A stretch of 63,993 bases of DNA, counting the filler, from Neoconidiobolus thromboides FSU 785 (Eukaryota > Fungi > Entomophthoromycota), in the NCBI GenBank assembly GCA_025603075.1. It is 11 parts of 11 records of this genome, joined end to end, with 100 filler letters (N's around TTAATTAATTAA, not from the genome) between each part and the next. Parts side by side here need not be neighbours in the genome. Positions count along the whole stretch, not along the records: positions 13,857 to 31,722 come from MU626575.1; positions 31,823 to 37,386 come from MU626746.1; 9 more parts are not named here. One strand, written 5' to 3'. Below, piece by piece: positions 24,892 through 35,966 of the stretch. Position 1 is the first letter of the stretch; the number at the start of each line of letters is the position of its first letter. Made by a program: the position numbers and the translations under genes. The notes under the pieces were generated by a model. That model was not told where the DNA came from. It did no database searches and worked only from the letters and a program-made list of their open reading frames with translations.

Positions 24892-26064
24892 TCAGCTTAT
24901 TAAAAATACAGTAAAACAAATGATTAATTGAGCTAACACCTTATTTTTAGCACCATGTAAGTTCAACGTGGCATTACTAGTAAAAAAGTCATCAATTCCA
25001 CTCTCGCTATTATTGTTACTACTACTGACTGTAGTACTATCTTCTTCTGAGCTACTAACAGTAGTATCTGGATCATCATCGGAATTACAAACACAGCTAC
25101 CCTGTTGGTTACAACTCATAAATTTAACTCCACTTTTATTAGCACATTGATTATCTCGACAATTTTTTTGGAATGATATACAATCGGAGAGAGATAAACT
25201 GGACGTTGGTGCGGGTGGAGATGTGTTGGATAAAGTTTCTGTAGTGATAAAAGAAAGAGGACTGGACAAGGTAGGACTGGGTAAAAGAGGAGTAGAAGTA
25301 GTAGCAAGAGTAGGTGAACTTAAGGGAATGGAAGTGGTAGTTGGTAAAGGTAAAGTAGGGCTAATTAAACTATTAATAGGAGACAAGGTGGGAGACGAAG
25401 TGGGAGGTAAGGTAGGGGAAACATTGATAGTAGATAATAAGGAAGATAATAAAGAGGAGGGGAATAAATAATGGGAACTAGGATTTAAATTGTTATTTGG
25501 AGTAGGCAAATTCGAATTTAGATTTGGATTAGGGTTGCTATTTGATACTACTGGTGTATATTTGATTCCATTTAATAGCATGGCAAGGTCATCGTTCCCT
25601 ATATTTGCTTTATTATTTGATGGAGATTGTTGTGGTTTATTTATTACTGGAACCTCATTTATATTGTTACTTAGCATAGCAATCTCGTTTTTATTGCCAC
25701 TTATTATTGGAATCCTATTTTTATTGTCACTTATATTATCCTTATTTAATTTACTTGAAGATAAAAAATTTGAAGAAGGTGATAAGATTTCGGATTTAAC
25801 ATTATTATTAATATTGTTAATGCTTATACTTTTATCGTTATTATATGAGTCTTCATTTCTATCTAAAATTTCGGTTTGAGGATATAAATCGTTTAAATTT
25901 TTTTTATTATAATAATTATCAGAACTATGATCCATGTTGTTCCACGAGTTTAAAAAATCACTATTTTCATTAGTCTGAATAAAATTATTATTAGATAGAT
26001 ATGAAGAAATAAATAACACTATAAATGAGTAAGATTTCATGTTGATTGGTATAATAGAAATCAA
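24892..26064 (-). CDS. Probable secreted GPI-anchored Asn/Ser/Pro/Thr-rich surface protein with a 6-Cys module
   Basis: Hydrophobic N-terminus (likely start MKSYSFIVLFISS at 26040), low-complexity stalk, CISFQKNCRDNQC...SCNQQGSCVC, hydrophobic C-terminal tail VLAQLIICFTVFLIS. Confidence 0.7.
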   Translation of the reverse strand: MISIIPINMKSYSFIVLFISSYLSNNNFIQTNENSDFLNSWNNMDHSSDNYYNKKNLNDLYPQTEILDRNEDSYNNDKSISINNINNNVKSEILSPSSNFLSSSKLNKDNISDNKNRIPIISGNKNEIAMLSNNINEVPVINKPQQSPSNNKANIGNDDLAMLLNGIKYTPVVSNSNPNPNLNSNLPTPNNNLNPSSHYLFPSSLLSSLLSTINVSPTLPPTSSPTLSPINSLISPTLPLPTTTSIPLSSPTLATTSTPLLPSPTLSSPLSFITTETLSNTSPPAPTSSLSLSDCISFQKNCRDNQCANKSGVKFMSCNQQGSCVCNSDDDPDTTVSSSEEDSTTVSSSNNNSESGIDDFFTSNATLNLHGAKNKVLAQLIICFTVFLIS

Positions 26065-27045
26065 TGTAAGTATAGAATATAAAATATAAACTGTAGTTAT
26101 AATTATAAATTAAAGAAAAAAAGAGTAAACCTTAAATTCATTGATATTTTATTTTTATATATTTTATTTTTGTTTTACTTGACAATTAGAATGAAATCAA
26201 ATAAATCTTGAAACATAAACGCTAGTTTGAAATTAGTTAGAGAACTTTAAAAATAGTCAGCTAAAAAATTGTTGAAATAAAAAACAAATTCTTTAATAAA
26301 AAGAACTTTCGATTTAATTTTGAGTTCTTTACAAAAAAACAAGAGCTCAAAAACTCGAGATTAATTTGGAAAAATAAATTTTATTAAGCAAGTACAGTAA
26401 GCATAAATAATAACGCCAGTTCTCAATAAAGTTGCTATCATCTATTCTTTTTTGAGATTTTCCACTATAAATGCTATTAAAAAATGGGATTCTTTTAATA
26501 AAGGATCATTTTAAGGTTAAATTTACCTCAAATAATGAATTAATAAAACATCCAAATTAAACACCAACAACACAAAGTTACTATCATCGGAATCACAACC
26601 TGATGCTCCTTTACTATTTATTTTTATCTCTTAATAATAGTAAATCCTTTTAAGGCTCGAAGTTGAGTAACTGGTTTTTGAAACATTGATAAAGTGAGCC
26701 AGAGAACACATAATTCGCACACCAAAAGATTAGGATAAACCTGAAGATAAAGCTCAAAATAGATGTAAAATTATTAAATAAAATAATGAAAAAATAATTT
26801 AATTAAATACAATTAGAACAATACAAAGTGAACAGGTGGCTGTTTATTATTCCTATTATTAAAAATAACTTTTTATTAAACTACTTTTTATTTTTTATTA
26901 TATATTTATACATATACAATGAAAATAAACTTAAAAATAAGATAGTCTAAAAAAGAAGGGAAAGAGAGAGAAAGCACAAGAGATAGATAAAACAAACTAA
27001 AAATGGAATCAAAAAATAAAGGCAACAATGATGTCATTTAATGCC

Positions 27046-28005
27046 TTATTTACTATTAGTTTTAGGAACATGAATTTTCAAATGCTGGTTTAAATTATCA
27101 GACCTAGCGAATCTTTTTTGACAGTGGGTACAAGCATATGGCTTGTAGCTGGTGTGTAATGATTGATAGTGTCTCTTAAGGTGCTCAGGTCGCTTGAATA
27201 CTCTTTTACAACTCTCATAAACGCATATATGGGGCTGTTGCGGGCCTGTGTTACTTGCTAAACTACCTCTTCTTACACTTTTTTTCTTGGGAATAATAGG
27301 GTTATTGGGATTAGTAATTATAACGTTATTATCTAATGAATTCGTACGATCATTATACACTTTGGGTCCTTTAGGTTCATTATCATTATCATTATTGTTA
27401 AATTGGAAATAGTGGACAAGATTGGGCTCTGATAATGTTCTTCCTCTTCCACGATGGTTTAGTCCACTATATTGATTATTTCCAATACCTTCAGTCATTC
27501 TCATATCATCATTCATTGAATTGTTATAATTTAGATAATAATTTAAATTGGTACTTTCATTGTTATAAATGTTGTTATTACTACTACTTAATAAATTATT
27601 TATGTTCCTCTCATTATCTTCACTATCAATAGTTAATTGAACTTCACTGTCTCTCTCTTTAATATAAGACATTAAATTTTGCTTAACACCCATTTTATTA
27701 ATATTATTGACATTATCATTGCTGTTTTGGGTATTGTAAGTTTGATTATAGTAATTCAAATAAGGGTCTTCATGAATCGGATAAAAAATAGTGTCAATCA
27801 TGGGATTAGTTGTATATATACTTGTCTCATCAATTATTGGTAACATGTTATAAGAAAAGTGAGGTGGATTAGTTGTATTAGATATCATATCATTGTTGTT
27901 GTTATCATGGCTATTATCATGATTAATATAAATAGAGTCTAAGACTGGCTCTTCACTATTTAAAATAAAGTTACTGTTATTACTTTCGTTATCTTTTTGG
28001 AACAT
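27046..28005 (-). CDS. Msn2/Msn4-like C2H2 zinc-finger transcription factor (paralogue 2)
   Basis: [24 protein letters not shown]...[21 protein letters not shown]; PKA-type site RRGS before the fingers. Confidence 0.9.
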   Translation of the reverse strand: MFQKDNESNNSNFILNSEEPVLDSIYINHDNSHDNNNNDMISNTTNPPHFSYNMLPIIDETSIYTTNPMIDTIFYPIHEDPYLNYYNQTYNTQNSNDNVNNINKMGVKQNLMSYIKERDSEVQLTIDSEDNERNINNLLSSSNNNIYNNESTNLNYYLNYNNSMNDDMRMTEGIGNNQYSGLNHRGRGRTLSEPNLVHYFQFNNNDNDNEPKGPKVYNDRTNSLDNNVIITNPNNPIIPKKKSVRRGSLASNTGPQQPHICVYESCKRVFKRPEHLKRHYQSLHTSYKPYACTHCQKRFARSDNLNQHLKIHVPKTNSK

Positions 28006-29135
28006 TATGGATTAACTAAACTTAAAAATTTAAAGAGTAACAAAGTAAAGTAATAAAAAATTGAAATTTATTTTTTAATTGAATAGAATCGAACATTTTT
28101 ATAGCTTCTAAGTGGTAATTTAAAAATTATAAACAGGAAACTAAAACAAATAGAAAATGCAGATAACTAATCAAGAGAATATAATGTGACAAAATTAGAA
28201 GTCCAAGTATAATTTCTAAATAAAATACACTATTATTAGTGCTGCACGCAAATCAAAATCAAAATGAATAATAAATTACTAGTGATAATTTATTCTTGAA
28301 ATTATATCATTTATAGTTTATGGTTAAATTAATTTTATAATAATTTGAAACTTGTAATTTTAACTTTTAATTCATTTATAACGTAAAAACTGCAGACGCT
28401 ATTGGCGGATAGTTACTATAATTATCATTATAGACTTCTAATTTTAGCAATGTCCCTTGGTTTTATAGATAGTCAATTGAAGTCTGTTATTACATTCAAA
28501 AATAACAATTTACTTTCTACTATTTTATTGCTTTATTACTTCAAATAACATTGTCGCTTTTTCTTATCTGTTATTTTATTCCATTAAGTATAATATTATG
28601 TGATTAAAATTTTTTTGCTTCAAATGTGATAATATCAAATTTTTTATCATTATGCTTATAATAGTTAATAGTCTAATTACATAAAATATAGCAATGTCAA
28701 CATCCCTTTAAGTCCTATTTTTAATCAAACTAAATTTGGTCATTTCATTATTTATCCTTGTATAAATAGATAATAAAAATGTATACACTTTATAATAAAT
28801 GATTTAATTGTACATTTTATATTTCTAATTATTCAATTCAATATTTGATTTCTTTAAAGTAGAGTCTTACTTATTTCTTGAATTAATTTACAATAACACC
28901 AGATAATTTTATTATTAGAAACAATGATATATGTGGCTATTATCTTTGAAACAAATTTTAAGTGAGGTGTTTATTTAAATTTACTTTGAACAAAGATTGT
29001 TTTCAAAACAATAGTCAAATGTCTTTGAGCGATAATCTTATAAACAAGATAATTATAGAATAGGAATTCAATCTCAAAAATAAAACTGATAGATACGAAT
29101 AATAATGAATATAATATGCATGTAACTATAAAGAC

Positions 29136-29725
29136 TTAACAATGAATATCAACTAAAAGAGAGCAAGAGACACAATTAATTAAAACGGATAACCCAACTT
29201 CTAGTTCTTTTTTAACTCCTTCAATATCTTCAATTAAATAGTACTCTCCACAACGACATGGAAAAGTATATATTCCTACTAAATTAAGTCTATTTATTTT
29301 AGATATATATCGTCTTTCTTACCTTCTTCCTCTTCTGTAAAATCATCTATTTCTACTATTTGGTCGATTACTCCGGGCTGAGATAATCTTCTTTCTATAA
29401 GTAAACAACATTAACTACCACTACTACCATTATTATTTAATGCTCACCATTTAATCCCAAGTCATAAACATGCTTTAATTCTTCGTTTGATAATATGAAA
29501 TAAGCTTTTTGTATCTTTTCAAATATTTTTTGGTCTTCTTTTTCGCCTCTTTGTTTTTGCTTATCTGGATGGTGCTAATTATTAATAATTTAATTCAGCA
29601 TCTCACTATATAATTATTATAATTTTATTATATGTTACCTTTAGTACCAATTCTTGATATCTTTTTCTTAATATTTGTTTGTTAAATTCAGTTTCATTTA
29701 TGTTCAATACTTCATAATGATTCAT
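29136..29725 (-). CDS. DPH4: Diphthamide biosynthesis protein 4 (J-domain plus CSL zinc finger), 4 exons; absent from the ORF track
   Basis: Manual splicing gives MNHYEVLNINE...QELVLK|HHPDKQ...QKAYFILSNEELKHVYDLGLN|ERRLSQPGVIDQIVEIDDFTEEEE|VGIYTFPCRCGEYYLI...LINCVSCSLLVDIHC*; HPD and CRCG...CxxCSL motifs. Confidence 0.9.
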
Positions 29726-30101
29726 TCCTTTTTTATCCGGTTATAAAGATCCTTGATTTTCACTTCAAATATAGAAAACAGAAAAAAATTATTAGTTCAA
29801 ATTCTAATTATTAAAACTAAATTAATTGGTTAAAAGAGATAGTATATTTAATTTCAGTGTAATTGATTTGCCTAAAAAATCAAATTACAACCCCAAAATT
29901 AAGCTACACTGGTTGAGTTAATCATTGCAACTAAAAATAAAATTTTATATATTTCGATTATTTACAGAGTAATAGCAAAATAAATAAATCTTATATTAAT
30001 AAAACCTCTGCTTTTTAACATTTAAAATAGTATAGTAAAAAACTATTAATGATCATCCTTTTTAAATTCACAGCAAAATTATTTGCCAAATTTGAACATA
30101 A

Positions 30102-30176
30102 ATACTAATAATTTTTTCACTTAAATAGTGCTTAAAAGATAGAAAAAGTCATGAAGCCAAAAAAACACCCCCATAT
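30102..30176 (-). mobile_element. 105-bp MITE family copy 9 (partial)
   Basis: tactaataattttttcacttaaatagtgcttaaaag...gaagccaaaaaaacacccccatat. Confidence 0.75.
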
Positions 30177-30399
30177 ATTAAAATAATTAAAAAAAAACTT
30201 TGTCTAGCAATATTACAAAACAAACTGCCACGGTGGTAGTGTATAAATAAAGCAATTTCGTATTAAGAGCTCCAATAGTTCCTTTACTAACATCTAACAT
30301 CTATTTCTTCAATTTTAGAGGTAATTTTATAAATTTATAAATTTATGATTTTATCTGGCTCCTTAAAAAATAAGTATTAAAGCTTAATCAAAATGTTCA

Positions 30400-30680
30400 T
30401 ATTTTAAACTTATATCATAAGCTTTTTTGACATTTAAAATGATAAAAATAAGTCTTGAAATTTTGCTTTTGATTGGAACAATCAGTTCAACTGATACAAA
30501 TGAAGCATAAATACTTCAGTATCGTAATACTGATCATTATCTACACTATTGTCCACTTTAGATCTTATCTTTTTCTTAAAAAGATTACAAGCACTTACAT
30601 AGCATATAACATTTTGCGTTCAAACTGGTGGTTTCGAAATTAGGCTAAGCTGAATTAGAAGTACGTATTTATAGCGTATA
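30400..30680 (-). pseudogene. Degenerate non-LTR (LINE-type) reverse transcriptase relic
   Basis: Frame-shifted pieces PNFETTSLNAKCYMLCKCL, KIRSKVDNSVDNDQY and LIFIILNVKKAYDIS occur in the order of LINE RT motifs (P.NYRPISL..YK, Q.GF, LD..KAYD); multiple stops. Confidence 0.45.
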
Positions 30681-31141
30681 TTTTACTTCAATTTGACCTA
30701 ATTAATGTAACCAACTCCAATTGTTGATACAAATTCACCAATTTGGATGCAAAATGTTATAATAGTGAAAAGTATGAATTTCATAAACTTTAAGTCATTT
30801 TCTCACTGTATTTGTAATCCTATTTTCTGGATTCTTTACTTCTTAATATGCAATTTTATGAAACACCATTGGTTTGTAGAGAAATAATCTTTAAACAGTT
30901 GATAATAGTAGAACTTTACGCGCTATATTTACATAATATATTGCTAATTTCCATTGTTCGATTTTATAATAACCTCTTATGTTTTAACCCTTTTGCTTCA
31001 CAAATATATTCTACTCTATAGTAGTCCAATTCGCTTTTTAAAGTGTCTCAAAAGATCTGGTGTAAATTTTTATTTTATATCAAATAAAAAAACCTCGTAT
31101 TTTCAAATCAAATTACTTTTATTACATATAAAAAACAGATA

Positions 31142-31722
31142 TTAACTTTTATGAAGATGCTGCTGATGGACTAAAGAATAATAAAATCCTCTAATATTTA
31201 ATAGTTTTTCATGGGTACCTATTTCGACGATCTTACCCAATTTCATTACTATAATACAATCACAATCTTGTACTGTAGAAAGACGATGAGCAATAGTAAT
31301 CGTTGTTCTACCTTCTGCAGCTTTATCCAATGCAACTTGGACTACTTTTTCAGAATCAGAATCTAAAGCTGAGGTAGCTTCGTCTAATAACAACAACTTA
31401 GGATTCAAGAGTACAGCTCTAGCAATAGCAATTCTTTGTTTTTGGCCACCAGATAATTTACCACCACGTTCACCAACTCTAGTATCATAACCTTCAGGTT
31501 GTTCCAAAATAAAGTTATGAGCATTTGCCATCTTAGCAGCATTGACAATTTCTTCTTCACTTGCATCAGGTCTACCATAAGCTATATTTTCTCTAATAGT
31601 TAAATCAAATAAGACTGGCTCTTGTCCTACTATGGCCATACCAGATCTCAAATAAGGCAAATTCCATTCTTTAATATTAGTTCCTTCTACATGTAATGAA
31701 CCAGAGTTCAAGTCATAGAATC
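31142..31722 (-). CDS. ABCB (MDR/P-glycoprotein) transporter, C-terminal NBD, second copy; 5' lost in gap
   Basis: Same motifs as 13857..14443; appears identical to it from the contig edge to DCDCI, then diverges. Confidence 0.92.
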
Positions 31723-31911
31723 NNNNNNNNNNNNNNNNNNNNNNNNNNNNNNNNNNNNNNNNNNNNTTAATTAATTAANNNNNNNNNNNNNNNNNNNNNN
31801 NNNNNNNNNNNNNNNNNNNNNNATAATAATAATTAAATAGACATCTTCCTATTCTAGAATTCAAATTCCCTTATATAATAGCAAGACAGCTATCTACAGC
31901 TTCATCACAAT

Positions 31912-32828
31912 TTATCTAGTTCCAGTAGATCCAAACTTTCCACTACCACGAACAGTGACATCTAGTTCATCTACAATTTCAATTTCAGGTGTAACAATCT
32001 TTTCTAAAACAAGTTGAGCAATACGATCTCCTTTTTTGATTTCAAATTCTTTATCTTCATGGTTAAATAATACTACTCCTACTTCTCCCTAAAATAAAAA
32101 AATACAAGTCATTAACTGAAATCCAAAATAAATCCGCTTGCTTACTCTATAATCTCTATCTACCACACCAGCTCCAGTTTCAATACCAAACTTTACTGAT
32201 AAACCTGAGCGTGGGGCAACTCTACCATAAGTACCATATGGTACTTTAATAGCTAATCCTGTCTTCGCTACTCCGCGTCCACGGGCTGGAATCATTGTAT
32301 CTTCAGAACTAAAAGATAGAATTCAATTTAATATTCCAACTTCTTATAATAAACAATATATTTACCTATATAAATCATAACCAGCTGCTGAAGCCGAACC
32401 GCGTTTTGGTAATTGAGCATTCAAGTTTAACTTTTTAATTAAAAGTAATGAATCTCTATCAACAGACTTGTGATAGAACTATAATTAAAAAGAATTAGTA
32501 TCAATAAGTAATCAGATTATATGTTATATTACATTATGTTTCTTAGTAGTTGGGCTCATTTCAGTAGTTGTAGTATTAGTAGTGCAAGAATTTTCATAAG
32601 TATCTGATGTTGAAGACTAAAAGAAGAGAATGTTAATTCAAGTTTAGAAATGAACAATTATGGATCAATTTTACCTTTGCTCTTTTATTAGTTGATAAAG
32701 TTAATAAAGAAGCAGAGGAAGCAGAGGAAGCAGAGGAGGATGAGGACTAATTAGATATTAATTTTAATGATGATTGCAATTAAACAATAAGAAAAGAACT
32801 ATACCTTAGTTCTTTTAAGACTAGACAT
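31912..32828 (-). CDS. DUT1: dUTP pyrophosphatase, 6 exons
   Basis: Introns 32804-32747, 32674-32617, 32532-32479, 32365-32309, 32145-32089. Motifs [26 protein letters not shown]|[24 protein letters not shown]. Confidence 0.95.
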
Positions 32829-32872
32829 AGTTAAAGTAGATAAGCGATAAAATTGATTAAATTTCAATAAAA

Positions 32873-33084
32873 CCAATATTTCAACCCAGGTACAAACTTA
32901 TTTTTATATTCTAATTGGACAAATTTACAACTCCCTTCATTACCCAATCAATCATGAATATTAGCTCTTTTAGTAAGGAGAAGAACCAATTAAAGTAATC
33001 AGTATTTTTATATTATTGTACTATTATTGGCTCGTTAAATTGAACCAATCCTTTTGATCTTTGATTGAAAACTTTAAGCGCGAC
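32873..33084. promoter_or_regulatory. CCAAT-box cluster plus a GCGCG motif upstream of dUTPase
   Basis: CCAAT/ATTGG at 32873, 32914, 32944, 32986, 33026, 33045; GCGCGA at 33078-33083. Confidence 0.45.
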
Positions 33085-33918
33085 TTAAAACGAATCAAGA
33101 GCGTGTTTTCTAATAGAATAGTTAAAAACTCTATGATATATTAATGAATATTGTTTCATTTTACAAGCATCACAAAAAGAAGCTCTAATTACTCAGAACT
33201 CTTATGTAATTGAAAACTCTAGAATTTGGTAAAATCACTATCTTTATTTTTAAACAGTATTTGTTTAGCACATTAAAGTTTATACTAAAATAATATTAGC
33301 TGTTGCAATTTTTGTTATACTATCTAAGTAATGTCGATAATTTATTTATGGTTTACTTATTTTGTTATTTTGAGTCAAGAATTAGTAAATACAATTATTG
33401 TAAAGTTAAAAAATAAAGTGCTTCCTATAAATTTATATGATATTTAAAGGGACTAAAGGTTAAAATAGGTTTTATGTAATATTTATTAAGTGTTAATTTA
33501 TCAACTCCCATTGTTCTTTTTTGTTTAATACAGGATTAGTTTATAAGTTAAACGGAATAAATTCCCTAATTAAATCTATTTTTTTATCAATGAATATTAT
33601 CGAAAAAATAAATAAAGGCTATTGATTAGGTTTGTTTTTTATGTCAGTTTAATTTTTGTATTATTTTTATTTATAAATTCCTTAGTTTTAACACTGTATA
33701 AATATACAGTTTTTTATAGGAAATGTGATATAATACCTTAACCTTAGACTTATGAAATTAATAAGATAGTTTTTAAAGCTTGAGCTCAGCATAAATTATA
33801 ACCAATAACGTTACAATTTTTTTAAGCATCAGTTCAGAGTTAACACAATATAGTGTCATACATTATTTTAGCACTAAATGGTATATAAACTAAATTAGTA
33901 ATACTATTTCTTATTAAA

Positions 33919-35367
33919 ATGATGAAAGATAATTTTAGATTTGAGAATCTTGGAAGCGAAGTAATTAAAGAAGTTTTATACCATCTCTCAGATAAGGATA
34001 AAGTCAATTTGCTCTCATGCTGTAAAGTATGGAACAAGGTGGTTATACCAATGTTATGGGAGAATACAATTGTATACTGTCGTCGTAAATATAGAAAGGA
34101 TATGTATAATAGCTTCAAAAAATATGGGCATTATGTCAAATCATTGGATATTATGACACCATATAAAATACCATACAGCCAGCGATCAATTTGCACAAAT
34201 AATACCAGAATACATATGTCTTTAAATAAGTATATAGAATATAAAAATCACTTTAAAAATGCTTCATTGGTAGGCCTTTATTGTACAAATTCCATTGAAA
34301 ATATGCAAATTAATGAATATATGTATGAAAATGAAGAATATATCAGGGAAAAATTTCAGCATTTAGAACATTTAGTGCTTGACAATTCAGATGATTTAGA
34401 ATATTATTTTAAAGCACCCATCATACGATACCTTCCACCTACTATTACTTCATTAATAATTCAAAATAGTCCTTTTGCCTCATTTTTAGATTTGAGGGAG
34501 TTGGTAAATAAGTTTGACAATTTGACAATTCTCGAATTAGTTCATATTCGTGTTGACATTAGTGATTTTGATTTTTTATTAAAAAAACAACTCCCTCGTT
34601 TAAATAAATTACATCTTGCATTTTCATATGGAATTGATATTGAAGGGATATGTATAAACTTAGACAATTATCCAAAACTTGAAGCACTTGATATCGAAGA
34701 AGATTCTGCATCTGGGATTAATGTAATATCAAAATTGAAAGGATTAACATTTAGGGGTGTATCGAATCTAAGAAAACTAATAATGTCTAACGTTAGTCTA
34801 GTTAAAGTAATTATAAACAAAGAAACGTTTCCAAAATTAAATCAATTAAGTTTACAATGGTGCTCTACTCTTTTATCTAAGCCTTTGTATTCCATATTTG
34901 ATGTGTCTACAATTACTTTTTTAGATATATCTGTAGCCAGTTATCCAATATTTGAAATTTTTACAATTATTCATTCAAACCCACCAGAAAAAGAGTATCG
35001 ATTATTTTTAATAAAAGAAATATACCCAAAGCATGCTACAAATTTATTAACATTAAGAGTTCAAAATTTAGTTTTGGGATATCACTTTTTCAACTTTTTA
35101 TTTACTCTATGTCCTAATTTATATAATCTTGAGATAGCAATTTGTTCTTTTGAAAATGATATACCATTTTCAAAGCATCCGGTTGTAAGAGAATCAACTT
35201 TAACTAATGTAACATTTACTAATATTGAATCCCCAAATGCAGATGCTTTTATTAATTTTATTTTATTTTATTTTAAAAATATAAGCTCTTTTAAACTTGT
35301 AAATTGTAGCGATTTGTTTCCAAAATACAAGCATGACCCTAGATTTTGTCTTTGTAAAAGTCGTTAA
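33919..35367 (+). CDS. F-box/leucine-rich-repeat (RNI-like) protein, intronless
   Basis: F-box-like N-terminus FENLGSEVIKEVLYHLSDKDKVNLLSCCKVWNKVVIPMLW; repeated LxxLxL units. Confidence 0.75.
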   Translation: MMKDNFRFENLGSEVIKEVLYHLSDKDKVNLLSCCKVWNKVVIPMLWENTIVYCRRKYRKDMYNSFKKYGHYVKSLDIMTPYKIPYSQRSICTNNTRIHMSLNKYIEYKNHFKNASLVGLYCTNSIENMQINEYMYENEEYIREKFQHLEHLVLDNSDDLEYYFKAPIIRYLPPTITSLIIQNSPFASFLDLRELVNKFDNLTILELVHIRVDISDFDFLLKKQLPRLNKLHLAFSYGIDIEGICINLDNYPKLEALDIEEDSASGINVISKLKGLTFRGVSNLRKLIMSNVSLVKVIINKETFPKLNQLSLQWCSTLLSKPLYSIFDVSTITFLDISVASYPIFEIFTIIHSNPPEKEYRLFLIKEIYPKHATNLLTLRVQNLVLGYHFFNFLFTLCPNLYNLEIAICSFENDIPFSKHPVVRESTLTNVTFTNIESPNADAFINFILFYFKNISSFKLVNCSDLFPKYKHDPRFCLCKSR

Positions 35368-35966
35368 TTTGTATCACGAGATAACCATATCCCATACTCT
35401 ATATCATATTAACAACAAAGATCTATAGCTTATCAAGTAAATGAAACGGTATTGACGCAAAATTATTTTTTCCTATTATTTAAAAAATTATTATCATATT
35501 ACACTTTGGTATAATTTGTCAAAACTCTGGTAATATTTTAATATAGTTCACATAAAGTTTTATTTACAATTAGTTTTACTAGCTAGTGAAATACAATAGA
35601 TTAATTTAAATATTGCTAATCTCTACAATAAAATAGACATACAAGTGATGCGATATGACCATAATGATTCGTAGTAAAGGTTGTGAAGCAGCTACTTTGT
35701 AATAATTTCAATCTCTTAAACTCAATTAAACTTTCATGTAGACAGCATCTAAATAGGTGAATCTTTCATATTATCAATAATAATTACTAAATTATAACCT
35801 ATATTATTAAGTTTTAGTTTAAATATAAAAATGTTTTTTATTTTGTCTATTTTTTATATAACGTAAAATTTAAAGTCATTAATTAAGCACTGAACAATAA
35901 ATAAAATGTATTCATATTATACATTTTAATTCAAAAATAAAAAACAAAATTATAAAATATAAGGGT

